From a virus (lineage: Duplodnaviria; Caudoviricetes), in the IMG/VR virus record IMGVR_UViG_3300033555_000001, positions 246,729 through 310,728 of that record: a stretch of 64,000 nt of DNA. One strand, 5' to 3'. The translations under genes were made by a program, and so were the position numbers. The notes under the pieces were generated by a model that was given only the letters and a program-made list of their open reading frames with translations, had not been told where the DNA came from and did not search any database. Shown piece after piece: positions 45,554-56,018 of this stretch. Every line of letters starts with the position of its first letter. Position 1 is the stretch's first letter.

Positions 45554-45770
45554 ATTAACTGAGCGTGAAGCGTTTGAAGCCCACCTGTTAGCCAGAGGAT
45601 TTAGCACTGCGGCCATACAGCGCGATGCGGACGGCGCGTACTTTTCCATAGACGCGCGACTACAACGCCGGACTTGGTTAGACGCGGTGCAGTGGATCAA
45701 TACGGCTAATAATATTCCTGCTAATATCTAATTTTCTAAGAGCATGATACAATAGCCTGTACACACAAAT

Positions 45771-46022
45771 ATGGGATCAGCTATGAAAACTAATTTGAAC
45801 AAAAGTCTTCAGGAATCACTAACTCGTATGGAGATGCCTGATCTGACTGGACTCTCCCTAACCGAAAAACTTGAAGTAGTTCTGCAGTTTGCTCGCCAAT
45901 TAAACGCTGAGGCTGATAACATGTTGTTGAACGCAGAAAAGGCGCTCTATGAGAGTCAGCCACGCTCCCAAGCAGCGTACGGGGATTTAATTGCTAGACT
46001 ACAAGCTAGCACTAAACCGTAA
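45771..46022 (+). CDS. hypothetical protein
   Basis: 83 aa. Confidence 0.55.
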   Translation: MGSAMKTNLNKSLQESLTRMEMPDLTGLSLTEKLEVVLQFARQLNAEADNMLLNAEKALYESQPRSQAAYGDLIARLQASTKP

Positions 46023-46067
46023 GCTTATTTGGCCAGCGCAGCGCCAGGTGCAGCAGTTAAATAAGGC

Positions 46068-46859
46068 ATGAAAAAAATACTTGCCCTTTTACTCTTTCTA
46101 TTACCCCTCTCTGCAATTGGCGCTCAGCAGCCACCGCTGCCAATTGCAGAGTGCTCCGCCCGCGCACTGGGCTTTCCAAGCACAAAAAAGAAACAAACTA
46201 GTTTAGTTTGCAGAACTGGTTACGTATTACAGCACGACAATTTGGCAAAGATACCGCTCTGGGTATCCTATACTCTTACTGCCGAACGCAGCACAGGATG
46301 CTACAAGCGATCAAATCAATTTATGCCTGACGCCAGCCTGCCGCCTGGCAGCACCGCAATTACAAAAGATTACGCCAAAAGCGGCTATGACATAGGGCAC
46401 ATGGCGCCAAGTGGAGATATGAGTTGGGATCAGCAAGTTGAGCGTGATTCTTTTATCTTGAGTAACATGGCACCACAGCTCCCGGGTTTTAATCGTGGTG
46501 TTTGGAAAAGATTAGAAGATTACACTCGTGGCTGGGCTATTAGCCGTAAGACTAATCTCTTAATTTACACTGGGCCAGTTTTTAACCGGGCGCAAAATTT
46601 AACTATTGGCGCTAACAGGGTAACGGTGCCGCACGCCTTCTATAAAATAATTATTGACCTTTCTACAAAGGAGACCCAGGTTTATTTATTTCCGCATCAA
46701 AAATCAAATCTTGAGCTCCACACATTTATTACAAGCTTAGCAGAAGTACAACATCAAACTGGCCTGGTGTTCCCTGTACCAGCTAATCCAATATATACTG
46801 GCACATGGCCAGTTCTCTACAAAAACGCCGTGCAGTTCAAGCGCAAAAAGTGCCATTAG
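46068..46859 (+). CDS. DNA/RNA non-specific endonuclease (Serratia Nuc/NucA family), exported
   Basis: Signal peptide; YDIGHMAP, SF.LSNM.PQ...FNRG.W..LE, VP..FYK. Confidence 0.92.
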   Translation: MKKILALLLFLLPLSAIGAQQPPLPIAECSARALGFPSTKKKQTSLVCRTGYVLQHDNLAKIPLWVSYTLTAERSTGCYKRSNQFMPDASLPPGSTAITKDYAKSGYDIGHMAPSGDMSWDQQVERDSFILSNMAPQLPGFNRGVWKRLEDYTRGWAISRKTNLLIYTGPVFNRAQNLTIGANRVTVPHAFYKIIIDLSTKETQVYLFPHQKSNLELHTFITSLAEVQHQTGLVFPVPANPIYTGTWPVLYKNAVQFKRKKCH

Positions 46860-46963
46860 AATAACATTGCTTTACGTTTATTTTTGCTAAATAACCTTAA
46901 CGGACGATAAAGTTCGCTCACCAATTCGGCGCACCAGCGCTGCGTTAATTCAAGGAGATACTT

Positions 46964-47419
46964 ATGTCAAACGACGTTAAAATTGTACCACTGCCAGAAC
47001 CAGTCGGCCAAACTGGCGTTCTTCCTGCAGATGGAATCACTGTAGATCAAAGCACGACAACAATGCCAGACGCGCACAAAACTGTACCAGGCGTGGGAAC
47101 AGTTGAATTTACAAACCCAGTCCCAAGCCAGAACAAGCCGCTTGTTGACAAAGTTGCTGGCCGCGACGCAGTAGATGCTGATCAAGGTTCAACTCCAACT
47201 GTTGACTTGATGAAAACTACTGGTTCCCTTTGGGCACGTAATGAAGAAGCTGCACGTGTAGCCTTTGAAGAAAATAACCCAGCCTTTGAAGTCAATCGTC
47301 TTCGCGCAGAAGCATTGGCTCTAGAGCAAAAAGGATCTGTGATTTATGATGCAGATGCTAAAAAAGCCGCTCTTGGTAACCTTGGTGCTGGTAAGCCAGC
47401 AGCCAAATCCAAGAAGTAA
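46964..47419 (+). CDS. late hypothetical protein
   Basis: TAAATA 46888-46893; AAGGAG RBS. Confidence 0.75.
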   Translation: MSNDVKIVPLPEPVGQTGVLPADGITVDQSTTTMPDAHKTVPGVGTVEFTNPVPSQNKPLVDKVAGRDAVDADQGSTPTVDLMKTTGSLWARNEEAARVAFEENNPAFEVNRLRAEALALEQKGSVIYDADAKKAALGNLGAGKPAAKSKK

Positions 47420-47447
47420 TTATAACTAACTCAATTAGGAGATTATT

Positions 47448-47600
47448 ATGGTTGACAAAAAAGATAACATGACACCAACGCCAGTTCAAAAAGACATGAT
47501 CAAGAACTCGACACCAGATGCAAAGGTTCCTTCCAAGGATTCGCGCGATGGTAAGTTGGGTGGCGATACAGTGCCAACTACGCCTGCAAAAGCAAAGTAA
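47448..47600 (+). CDS. small K/P/T-rich protein (50 aa)
   Basis: AGGAG RBS; lies between the previous gene and the terminator. Confidence 0.6.
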   Translation: MVDKKDNMTPTPVQKDMIKNSTPDAKVPSKDSRDGKLGGDTVPTTPAKAK

Positions 47601-47619
47601 TTAGTTTCTTAGCATGATC

Positions 47620-47647
47620 TGATGGGTCCTTCGGGACCCATTTTTGT
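47620..47647 (+). terminator. intrinsic terminator
   Basis: GATGGGTCC-TTCG-GGACCCAT followed by TTTT. Confidence 0.9.
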
Positions 47648-47733
47648 TTTCATGAACCTGGCATTTTTAAATACAGGTTTTCTGAGTTCATGTTAAGATG
47701 ATAGTTCTTGATGCGAAACGGTTAGGAACCACA

Positions 47734-48039
47734 ATGTCGCTTAAACCTCTACAAACACGAGTTATTGACAAAATTTTTAACGGTGGCGAGCAGCGATTTT
47801 ACCCGCAGTATAGAGAGTCTGGTCTGATGATGTTATTCGGATGGGTATCGGTGTATGTTCCCTTCCCCGAGTCTACTAATTTTGTAGGACGGACGCGAGA
47901 TATAAGAACTGAATTTGAGCGCGGTTTTTATTCTCTTGAAGCTGCTAAAAATGTTCTTACAGCGATTGAGGACACACGAGCTAAGAAATACAGGGAACAA
48001 GTAAAGAACGAACGTGTTATCACGTTTTATGGTAACTAA
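47734..48039 (+). CDS. FYPQY-motif protein, paralog 1
   Basis: RVI.K.FNGGEQRFYPQYR. Confidence 0.7.
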   Translation: MSLKPLQTRVIDKIFNGGEQRFYPQYRESGLMMLFGWVSVYVPFPESTNFVGRTRDIRTEFERGFYSLEAAKNVLTAIEDTRAKKYREQVKNERVITFYGN

Positions 48040-48051
48040 TTGGGAGCCGCA

Positions 48052-48357
48052 ATGTCGTATAAGCCACTAAAGACTAGGATTATCGCCAAGATCTTCAACA
48101 ACGGCGAACAACGATTTTATCCGCAGTACCGCAAGCCAGGATTTATGAGGGTGTTTGGTTGGGAAACTATTAGTCGCAGACCGGGCCGTTCTGAATTTGA
48201 AGGCAAGTCGAGACACGCGCCTTCAGAATATGATGCCGAATTAGTCAGCGGATTTGTTGTTTTTGAAGAAGCAAAAGCTGCGCTGCAGGCACTTGAAAAT
48301 CAGCACATTGCTGATTGGGCCGTGGGCGTAAAAAGCACAAAAGTTATTAGCAGGTAA
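48052..48357 (+). CDS. FYPQY-motif protein, paralog 2
   Basis: RII.K.FNNGEQRFYPQYR. Confidence 0.7.
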   Translation: MSYKPLKTRIIAKIFNNGEQRFYPQYRKPGFMRVFGWETISRRPGRSEFEGKSRHAPSEYDAELVSGFVVFEEAKAALQALENQHIADWAVGVKSTKVISR

Positions 48358-48382
48358 CCTGTCATTATTCTGGAGTTCAAAA

Positions 48383-48616
48383 ATGCCGCTGTTTAAGAAA
48401 ACTAGAATTATTGAGGAAGTACTTCAGAACGGATCAGTTCTGTATTATCCTCAGTATCGAGTTTTATTTGTTTGGTTTAAATTCAGCCAAGGCGCCGGAT
48501 ATATTGCTGAATTCAACTCGCTTGGTGAAGCTCACGGGTTTCTATCAGAGAAATATTGTAAAGTTGGATCGCGCGCACATGCTTGGACAGTAAAAAGTAA
48601 ACGGGTCGTTAGCTAG
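48383..48616 (+). CDS. FYPQY-motif protein, paralog 3
   Basis: RII.....NG...YYPQYR. Confidence 0.7.
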   Translation: MPLFKKTRIIEEVLQNGSVLYYPQYRVLFVWFKFSQGAGYIAEFNSLGEAHGFLSEKYCKVGSRAHAWTVKSKRVVS

Positions 48617-48641
48617 TACGCGGCTCAACCGACCTAAAACC

Positions 48642-49154
48642 ATGATTGATTGTATTATGAAACTTGATAAGTGCACTTTTGGTCACACCCCAGCGGCGCT
48701 CTATCTTGCGTTACTTTTAGCTGAGAGCGACAACAAAAATTTACTGCGCAAAGTAGCCAAGGTGCTGTCAGAAACTCGAAAAGTTCTCAGGGAGCTTGAA
48801 GCATCTCACCAGTATCAGAGCGCAATGAGCACCCAAACTTTTGGAATTATGCTTGAGCTGGTGCACGAGCAAACTAAAGTACGAGTTGCAGGCTTAGTTA
48901 ACGATAAATTTATCGGACAAATTGTGCAGAATATTTTGACTGGGGAAATTCGAACCCTGAAGAAAAGGTGTTCTGCCGCGGCCGTCAAACAGCGTCAGTT
49001 CAATCGAGGTCTAAAGTCTGGGCAATCTCCAATGGACGCCAGAGCAGAAGTATTATCGGATGAATATAATAAAGCGGGAGAACTTAAGGCGCGCAGTGCA
49101 AAACACCTTGCAAAACGCGGTAAGCAGAATACATTATACTTGGAGGCACTATGA
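48642..49154 (+). CDS. hypothetical protein
   Basis: 170 aa. Confidence 0.6.
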   Translation: MIDCIMKLDKCTFGHTPAALYLALLLAESDNKNLLRKVAKVLSETRKVLRELEASHQYQSAMSTQTFGIMLELVHEQTKVRVAGLVNDKFIGQIVQNILTGEIRTLKKRCSAAAVKQRQFNRGLKSGQSPMDARAEVLSDEYNKAGELKARSAKHLAKRGKQNTLYLEAL

Positions 49155-49666
49155 AAAAAGAAGTTAAAGCTGCAGTAAAAGTTAAAGCAGTAAAAGTTAA
49201 AGCAACTGAAAACCTTCTATCAGAAAAAGTTCTTTCAGCCAGATACAAAGAATTAAAGAAAGCTGAAAAAACTGCAACTAAAGCGGAAAAAACACCTGCA
49301 AAAAAGGTAGCGAAAAAGACGGCAGAGCCTAAAGTTGTTGAGGTTAAAAAAGTTATTGCTGAGCCACAGCCAGTTGTACAACTTGGTGCTGTTGTTCAGG
49401 CCCCGGCGGAAGCCGCTCCAAAGGTTGGTAAGCATCGATTACCTACTATTGAAGAAGAGCTTCAAGCTTTTAAGCGTGCAATATGGGCGATAAATCTTCA
49501 CCGCACAATCACCATGAATGAAAAAGAAATTTTTAAGATCTTAGAGCGTTTTGACCATTGGGTCGGTGCGCACTCCGATTTTAATGGCGAACGACGTCAT
49601 GAGGAAATTCAGGCAAATGTAAACAACGCGTTTTGGGAATTTATTGCCGGAACTGCGCCAGAGTAA
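49151..49666 (+). CDS. protein with a K/A-rich, histone-like N-terminus
   Basis: GGAGG RBS; KKAEKTATKAEKTPAKK. Confidence 0.7.
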   Translation: MKKEVKAAVKVKAVKVKATENLLSEKVLSARYKELKKAEKTATKAEKTPAKKVAKKTAEPKVVEVKKVIAEPQPVVQLGAVVQAPAEAAPKVGKHRLPTIEEELQAFKRAIWAINLHRTITMNEKEIFKILERFDHWVGAHSDFNGERRHEEIQANVNNAFWEFIAGTAPE

Positions 49667-50001
49667 TGAGCGCTGAAATTGCCGATCTGTGGGAGATTTT
49701 AGTGCCCACAGAGATTAGACTGCGACCTGGTAAATTTTACCGCACAAAGTATCATAGGGTTTGGGATGCTAAAGTGCGCGCTATAACGGGTGGTTTGACT
49801 GTACTGACGCCAGCAAAAGGTCACTGGGTTTCTCCAACTGGAGAAACATTTATTGAGCGAATGATACCAGTAAGAATTGTTGCAAATAGAACTCAAATTG
49901 ATCAGATTATCGATCACACTCTAGAGTACTACGATCAGCTTGCAGTAATGTGTTATAAGGTCAGCAGCGAAGTAATCATTAAACACAGGGCACAGCAATG
50001 A
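49666..50001 (+). CDS. conserved phage protein
   Basis: LWEILVPT...HR.WD.KVR.I.GGLT...P.KG.W...ERMIPVRI. Confidence 0.7.
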   Translation: MSAEIADLWEILVPTEIRLRPGKFYRTKYHRVWDAKVRAITGGLTVLTPAKGHWVSPTGETFIERMIPVRIVANRTQIDQIIDHTLEYYDQLAVMCYKVSSEVIIKHRAQQ

Positions 50002-50297
50002 GTTTTAAGCATCCGCAAATGACGCTGCGAGACGAACTGACATGGAATTACTATCCATGCCCTGGGTGTATTGGGCATGGGAAAATTGTCGGGAAGAGGC
50101 GCGCCAAGATTTTATTTGCGCGCTATCAGGGTTCACCAAAAGGTCACATGTTTGCAAACAAGTCATATGCAATGTACTGGCGGAGCCACCCACAAGAGTA
50201 TCAGGCACTCATGGGTGGCATCGGGCGAGGCCGAATGAAATCAGGGCCGAGCAGTCGAATCAAACTACAGCAAAAATTTAAGCCACAAGTTAGCTGA
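49998..50297 (+). CDS. basic hypothetical protein
   Basis: ATGA overlap; CPGC. Confidence 0.55.
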   Translation: MSFKHPQMTLRDELTWNYYPCPGCIGHGKIVGKRRAKILFARYQGSPKGHMFANKSYAMYWRSHPQEYQALMGGIGRGRMKSGPSSRIKLQQKFKPQVS

Positions 50298-51308
50298 CTG
50301 ATTTGCATACTTAATCAGTGACGCACGATTCTGTTCAATAAAAAATACCTTGTTTGACATAATTGCCTCAAGCGCTTGCATTGAGGCAATGTGATCTGTA
50401 GGCGTAGAGGTCAGCGGATACAGCCATGGAATTTCAGAGCTGCCAAGTACTGGTCGCCCAACAAGCACGGCATCAGCTGCGACAATATTGAATGTTTCGC
50501 TGATTGAATCCTGCAGCAGCACGTCAATCTCGGCGAGGGATTGTAAGAACAGCTCCCTGGATTCCCAGCCATGTTCAACAAGTTCAAATTCATCGGCTGG
50601 CAAGTGCTTGAACATTCCGGCCACGTTTCGGTACGGGCCCTGTCCACTGGCGTCTACTCGGCTGTTTACATGTAACCGTAACTTTTTATTGATTAACTTT
50701 GCATATTGAATTGCGTTCAGCGCTTGTTGTACGTGGTTTTTTAAAACTCGGTACGCGCCAAACAACCCTACGTTTATTGTATCAATTGTTCTTAAATCCA
50801 GGTCGCTTTGACTGTACGGCTGAAACACTGTTGGATAACAATTTGGCAGGTACGGGATGCTGTTGTTGACATTGCATGCAATCGCGAGTTTTTTAATTTG
50901 GTCTACTACGCGAGGGCTGTTTGGCGCAACCGTAGTACCCATTTTAAGGTACTCCATAATCCAGTCAAACGCAATACCTTCACTTGCCAGGAATGGAATT
51001 TCAGAGTGAACTCGCACAACCCATTCTCTATCGGCGTGTCTGGCCAGACTCTGCAGTTCTGCAATTTTTTCTGGAACTACCCACAGTCCCTCAATAAACA
51101 CAATTGACGGGTTGTATCGCATGACTAACCGGTCTATTGAGTTACCATCGATCGCAAGAGCAATCATTGCTGGATAGCCTCGGGCGTTGAGCGTATCGAC
51201 AACAAACTTTGCCGAGTTCCACATGCCGGTGGCAATTTGGTAGGACCCAGAGTAACTTGGATCTTCTGAATAATCTTCTCGAATTTTTAGTAGAAATAGG
51301 GCTGACAT
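50265..51308 (-). CDS. GT-B fold glycosyltransferase-like protein
   Basis: VGLFG..R..KNH..Q and SISETFNIVAADA...G.P..GS.EI; TAAATA at 51331-51336 (minus). Confidence 0.7.
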   Translation of the reverse strand: MSALFLLKIREDYSEDPSYSGSYQIATGMWNSAKFVVDTLNARGYPAMIALAIDGNSIDRLVMRYNPSIVFIEGLWVVPEKIAELQSLARHADREWVVRVHSEIPFLASEGIAFDWIMEYLKMGTTVAPNSPRVVDQIKKLAIACNVNNSIPYLPNCYPTVFQPYSQSDLDLRTIDTINVGLFGAYRVLKNHVQQALNAIQYAKLINKKLRLHVNSRVDASGQGPYRNVAGMFKHLPADEFELVEHGWESRELFLQSLAEIDVLLQDSISETFNIVAADAVLVGRPVLGSSEIPWLYPLTSTPTDHIASMQALEAIMSNKVFFIEQNRASLIKYANQSANLWLKFLL

Positions 51309-51394
51309 AGGTACCTTTTTGTTAACCTCCTATTTAGGATCTCTGGTGATGTTAACAGGTATATAATTTGTGTATCATAATTAAAAGGCCGCGT

Positions 51395-52096
51395 ATGGAA
51401 CTCTATCAGCTAGTTTTGGGATTTGGAGCGTTGAGTGTAGGAGCTCTTATATTTTACGGTGTGATCATGCTTGCAATGTTGGGTGCCGTAAGTGCAGACC
51501 GGCATATGGAGACGCAGTCATTAAAGTGGTGGATATTTACTTTTGTTGTGACCTCAGCAACCGCGCATGTGTTCTTTGCTGACTATTCACACGCTGTCCT
51601 GAGCACTCTAGTGTTGCTGGCATTGGGTCAGTACTTGTTAATTGGGATCGCTTATTCAGTGCTCGCATTTGTGCTTGAAGTACGCAAATCTGCTGCGCTG
51701 CACAAACGCGATTGGGCCGAGTGCCTGCATTCTAAGAATTTTTACAACCAGCCTTCTAGATTTGAAATGATGAAAGCAGTTCACGAAAAAGGCGCGGTGA
51801 GTGGGTACTGGAATGATGTGCATAGTTTTGCAGATTGGTTCTGCACTACCTATGCGCGAAGTGACAACTTAATTAGGCTTAAGCTGGATGTTGATGGTGT
51901 TACACCGACTCCATACGTGAATAAGCCGGTGCTTGTCAGACATGCTGGAGCGTGGATTTTGTTTTGGCCGTTTTATTTGATCACGCTTATTATCGGCGAT
52001 GTGCTGGTAAAGGGAGTAAAGTATTTTGTGGACCTGATCGTCACGCTCTCCGGGGGTTTTGTGCGAGCCGTGTTTAGCGACTCATTTAAATTATAG
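51395..52096 (+). CDS. membrane protein
   Basis: Three N-terminal TM segments and one C-terminal hydrophobic segment. Confidence 0.7.
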   Translation: MELYQLVLGFGALSVGALIFYGVIMLAMLGAVSADRHMETQSLKWWIFTFVVTSATAHVFFADYSHAVLSTLVLLALGQYLLIGIAYSVLAFVLEVRKSAALHKRDWAECLHSKNFYNQPSRFEMMKAVHEKGAVSGYWNDVHSFADWFCTTYARSDNLIRLKLDVDGVTPTPYVNKPVLVRHAGAWILFWPFYLITLIIGDVLVKGVKYFVDLIVTLSGGFVRAVFSDSFKL

Positions 52097-52105
52097 AATG
52101 GTGCT

Positions 52106-53035
52106 ATGAAGAATCCTGTCCTCACGCTTGAACCAAATACGCGCGGTCGAGATCTTGTCATTGGCGACCTGCACGGTTCATTGAGCGCGTTGGTTAACAT
52201 GCTGCACAATCTAAATTTCAATCCTGAAGTTGACAGGGTAATTAGTGTTGGCGATTTAGTCGACCGTGGGCCTGATTCATTAGGTTGTTTAGAGCTACTC
52301 AGGGAACCTTGGTTCCATGCTACTCTTGCAAATCATGAGTTCATGATGCTGGAAGCATTTGATGGTGGTTATTCTGGCGCGTACTGGATTCCGAACGGTG
52401 GCTCTTGGGGTGCTTCAGCACTCTCTGACTGGCAAGCGCTCTATCATAAAGAGACGCCAGTCTTTAAAACCTCTCAGCAAGTATTTGATCTTCTTCCACT
52501 GGTGCGGGAGATGCCGTTCTTAATCACGATTAACATGACTAGCGGCAAAAAATACCACGTGCTGCACGCAGAGTTACCGCCTGGCTACAACAATTTAACT
52601 GATGCTGATTTGAGTTCTCCAGATAGAGTACAGGAACTTGCTACTACTTTTGACGGCCTGAACGGTGAAGCGTTCCTGTGGAGCCGAAATATCTTTAATC
52701 AATTTCACGGTGCAGACCTCAGGAACTGTAATTACGACAAAATTAAACGATCAGTGCAGCACAAATACAGCAGTGGTACCGGGCCGTTTAACGACAAACT
52801 GTCTCATATCATTAGCGGCCACACCATTATGCAGGCCCCACTTACAATTTTGGGTCAGACTAATATTGACACTTGCGCGTACGGCTCCTACAGCTCTGGT
52901 AATAATCACGCCAAATCCTGGGCCGGCCTGACGTGCATTAATCTAGCAGAGTGGAAGTTTTACCACGCAACAGAGACTACATTCAGGGAGAGCACTCCAA
53001 TAACAGTAAATAGTACGCACCTCGCACACTCTTAA
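52106..53035 (+). CDS. Ser/Thr protein phosphatase (lambda NinI/PrpA-like)
   Basis: GDLHG, GDLVDRGP, NHE, HA and GHT motifs. Confidence 0.9.
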   Translation: MKNPVLTLEPNTRGRDLVIGDLHGSLSALVNMLHNLNFNPEVDRVISVGDLVDRGPDSLGCLELLREPWFHATLANHEFMMLEAFDGGYSGAYWIPNGGSWGASALSDWQALYHKETPVFKTSQQVFDLLPLVREMPFLITINMTSGKKYHVLHAELPPGYNNLTDADLSSPDRVQELATTFDGLNGEAFLWSRNIFNQFHGADLRNCNYDKIKRSVQHKYSSGTGPFNDKLSHIISGHTIMQAPLTILGQTNIDTCAYGSYSSGNNHAKSWAGLTCINLAEWKFYHATETTFRESTPITVNSTHLAHS

Positions 53036-53044
53036 GGGAATACT

Positions 53045-53251
53045 ATGCAACTGATTACTGAAGCAACCATGGACGAAGAAGTTAGCGTGCAGCTGGGTAA
53101 GCTCCAGACTGTAATTCAAAAGCTGGAAAAAATGGCGGATAAGTTTGAAGCTGAAAAGATTCGCCCAATTCGCTCGCAAAACACAGCACTGATTTACGCC
53201 ACGGCTGATCTTGAAAAACTACGTAATAGATTTGGAGCTCTCTTAAAATGA
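53045..53251 (+). CDS. hypothetical protein
   Basis: RBS; coiled-coil-like. Confidence 0.6.
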   Translation: MQLITEATMDEEVSVQLGKLQTVIQKLEKMADKFEAEKIRPIRSQNTALIYATADLEKLRNRFGALLK

Positions 53252-53505
53252 CCGAACTACGTATTCCATGCTCACCGGATCAAGAGGATGTGGTAGTGGA
53301 TCACATGCTCTCCGGGGCGGCGCTTGGGATGCAACCAGACGAACGTGCCTGGATTATGGCGCACGTTCGTAAACATAATTCACGCGCTCGCGTACTCTCG
53401 GCAGACCTTGATCTGGAAACTGCTGAGTGGGTTTTACAACTCCAAATGTAACCACGATAAACACGCCGCTGGATTAAAAAGGGTATAAAATGTCTTATCA
53501 ACCCT

Positions 53506-53892
53506 ATGAGATCCTATATGCTAACCGAACAAGACAAAGAAGACTGCGCAATCTTGCTTAAGCGCTCGCTCTTAAACACAACTCTTGCAGGCTTTGGTCG
53601 CGATGGTTTTGGCCAGTTCGGCCAGTGCGACGCTGCACAACATTACCCGGTTAAAGAGATCACAGTCCTGATGCACCCGAGATCCAATGGTGGTATCGCC
53701 CTCATCGAACTGCAGGGGTATCACAGCGGTGATCACGGTCATCTCATGACTGACCGCAACATTGAAATTTCAATCAATAAACTCCTCAAAGACAACTCAA
53801 TCGACCCAGGTTGCTGGGCATGGGCGGACGAGAAATTTCAGGGCGAAGATTTTATTGTGATTCACTTTGACGCGGACTTTCTCTTAAACTAG
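53506..53892 (+). CDS. hypothetical protein
   Basis: 128 aa. Confidence 0.65.
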   Translation: MRSYMLTEQDKEDCAILLKRSLLNTTLAGFGRDGFGQFGQCDAAQHYPVKEITVLMHPRSNGGIALIELQGYHSGDHGHLMTDRNIEISINKLLKDNSIDPGCWAWADEKFQGEDFIVIHFDADFLLN

Positions 53893-53939
53893 TATACAAA
53901 ATCCAGGTTCTGTGTTACAGTACTTGAACTGGAGGATTT

Positions 53940-54473
53940 ATGGACAACTCAGAATTATTGATAGTGCACGCCGCAGATGCACATAAAGAACTCTTCCCGT
54001 TACGTAAAATTTTTAGTGAGTGTGAGGGATATTACATCAACCGAAACAAAATAGTGTTTAGGGAACTTTCAGGACGATTTGAAAGTATTTCAGAGACTTT
54101 AGTTGGAAAGAGTAATTTTTATATTTTCACTTCTATAAGCGGAGCCGCTGATGGCCCCCTTGGCCCTCCGTTCTTGACCCGAAACCGTTTGCTTCGCGAG
54201 TTGCACTATAATAGTGAATGGGGCGAATTTTTAAAAGCTGCCGACCTGGAGCCTGAGCCGGCACAGAATGTTAGCGCCAGCGATTTTGTCGGCAAGTTCG
54301 TAGTAGGGTGCTGTAGTGAAGGTGAGAAAATGGAGGTGTTGCCTGGTGCGTGTTTGCTGTTAAAAGCGCAGGAGCGCATCAATGAGCAAGCGCTAATTAA
54401 TCCAAATAAAACGTACTTTCTTTTAGAAGTTAAAAGCTCTGCTAAACAAGTCGCAGGAGTTGTCTGGAGCTAA
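53940..54473 (+). CDS. hypothetical protein
   Basis: GGAGG RBS. Confidence 0.65.
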   Translation: MDNSELLIVHAADAHKELFPLRKIFSECEGYYINRNKIVFRELSGRFESISETLVGKSNFYIFTSISGAADGPLGPPFLTRNRLLRELHYNSEWGEFLKAADLEPEPAQNVSASDFVGKFVVGCCSEGEKMEVLPGACLLLKAQERINEQALINPNKTYFLLEVKSSAKQVAGVVWS

Positions 54474-54539
54474 CGTGAATGTAGCTAATTTTAAAAGCAG
54501 AGCGCACGTATTGCACGCGCATCTTGCGGGGGTTATGGT

Positions 54540-55697
54540 ATGAATAACATGGTGTGGCCTGAAGGCTGTGAAGTATTCCTTGTGGGTGGCGCGGTAAGAG
54601 ATAAGCTCCTAGGCCTCAAGCCCAAAGATCTTGATTGGGTCATTGTTGGAGCCGAGCAGTCCTGCATTGAAGAGCGGTTACTTCGTGCGGGCTTTACGCA
54701 AGTAGGCGCTGATTTCCCTGTATTTTTACACCCTACAACTGGCGATCAATACGCACTGGCGCGAACTGAGCGCAAGACTGGTGTTGGTTACCACGGCTTT
54801 GATGTTGCAGCTGATGCCACAGTTACCCTGGAACAGGATCTCTGCCGTCGCGATCTTACTATTAATTCAATGGCGATGAGCAGCACGGGAGAGCTCATTG
54901 ATCCGTATGGCGGGCTTAAAGATTTGCGCAATCATGTACTGCGGCACACCAGCCCTGCGTTCTCTGAGGATCCACTGCGCGTACTGAGACTTGCCAGATT
55001 TGATGCTCGCTTTAAAGACTTTAGGGTGGCAGCAGAGACTCGTGAACTGTGCAAAGCATTGGCGGAATCTGGCGAGTTAAACAATCTTGCCACTGAGCGA
55101 ATTTGGACTGAAGTTGAAAATGGTTTAAGGGAAAAGCACCCCGCAAAATTTTTCGAGGCACTTGACGAGTGTGGTGCGCTAGAGCACTGCACAATATTGA
55201 GAACTGCTTTTGGTTCCTCACTTACTGCAGAGCAGCGTAAAGTCTGTGTGGTTCTTGAAACCATTAAGCCAGCTGACAGGCTAGCAGTTGGAGTAGCCGC
55301 ACTGTCACCACGCCTGGCACAGGCTGAAGAACTGTGTGTAAGTAAACGCGTCATGGACTGCTATCAGAATATTCAGCTCTTATTGCGGAGTCGCTATACT
55401 GCGCAGGCTTTTGCCAAGGTTCTCAAGTGCTCTGGAGCTCTCAGAGAAGGGCCGTCTTTTAACGACATGTGTCTCTCCGCGGCGGTGCTGGAACTTGCTG
55501 GCCATGCTGAATCAAAATTTACGCCGCGACAGCTTTGGGTTGGAGTAGGAGTTTATCGTCGAGTGCGATCAGCGCAGTTCCAGCAATTGACTGGTAAAGA
55601 GCTTGGTACTGCAATTGATCAGGCGCGAGTGCATAACTTGCACGTAGCAATGGGTATCCCAGAACTCTGTGAGGTCAGCGCCGCACAGAACTTATAA
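54540..55697 (+). CDS. cca: tRNA nucleotidyltransferase (class II CCA-adding enzyme)
   Basis: VGGAVRD.LLG...[49 protein letters not shown]. Confidence 0.93.
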   Translation: MNNMVWPEGCEVFLVGGAVRDKLLGLKPKDLDWVIVGAEQSCIEERLLRAGFTQVGADFPVFLHPTTGDQYALARTERKTGVGYHGFDVAADATVTLEQDLCRRDLTINSMAMSSTGELIDPYGGLKDLRNHVLRHTSPAFSEDPLRVLRLARFDARFKDFRVAAETRELCKALAESGELNNLATERIWTEVENGLREKHPAKFFEALDECGALEHCTILRTAFGSSLTAEQRKVCVVLETIKPADRLAVGVAALSPRLAQAEELCVSKRVMDCYQNIQLLLRSRYTAQAFAKVLKCSGALREGPSFNDMCLSAAVLELAGHAESKFTPRQLWVGVGVYRRVRSAQFQQLTGKELGTAIDQARVHNLHVAMGIPELCEVSAAQNL

Positions 55698-55714
55698 TTA
55701 ATGTACTTACTTAT

Positions 55715-55978
55715 TTGGAGCTCAAGATGACTATTTCCTCTGGTACTAAAATCTTAATCTTAAGAGTAATTTTCTTTTCGTGCTTGCTGATTGGATTTTT
55801 CCTGGCACCGGTCTGGGTGCTGCTGTTAGGTACTGCAGCGCTTGTGTACGTTGAAATAGACGGTGCAGAGCAAGATGCGCTCAGAGAACTTCGGCACAAG
55901 ATTGAAAAGCTTAATGGTGAAGTATCTGAAGCTGAACTTGCCATGCGGCGTGCCAATCATGGTCTTGACAGTTATTAA
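55715..55978 (+). CDS. small membrane protein with a coiled-coil tail
   Basis: Hydrophobic N-terminal half. Confidence 0.55.
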   Translation: MELKMTISSGTKILILRVIFFSCLLIGFFLAPVWVLLLGTAALVYVEIDGAEQDALRELRHKIEKLNGEVSEAELAMRRANHGLDSY

Positions 55979-56018
55979 CCCGTTATCCAACACTCTCAGA
56001 TAAAGTTGCTAAATAAGC

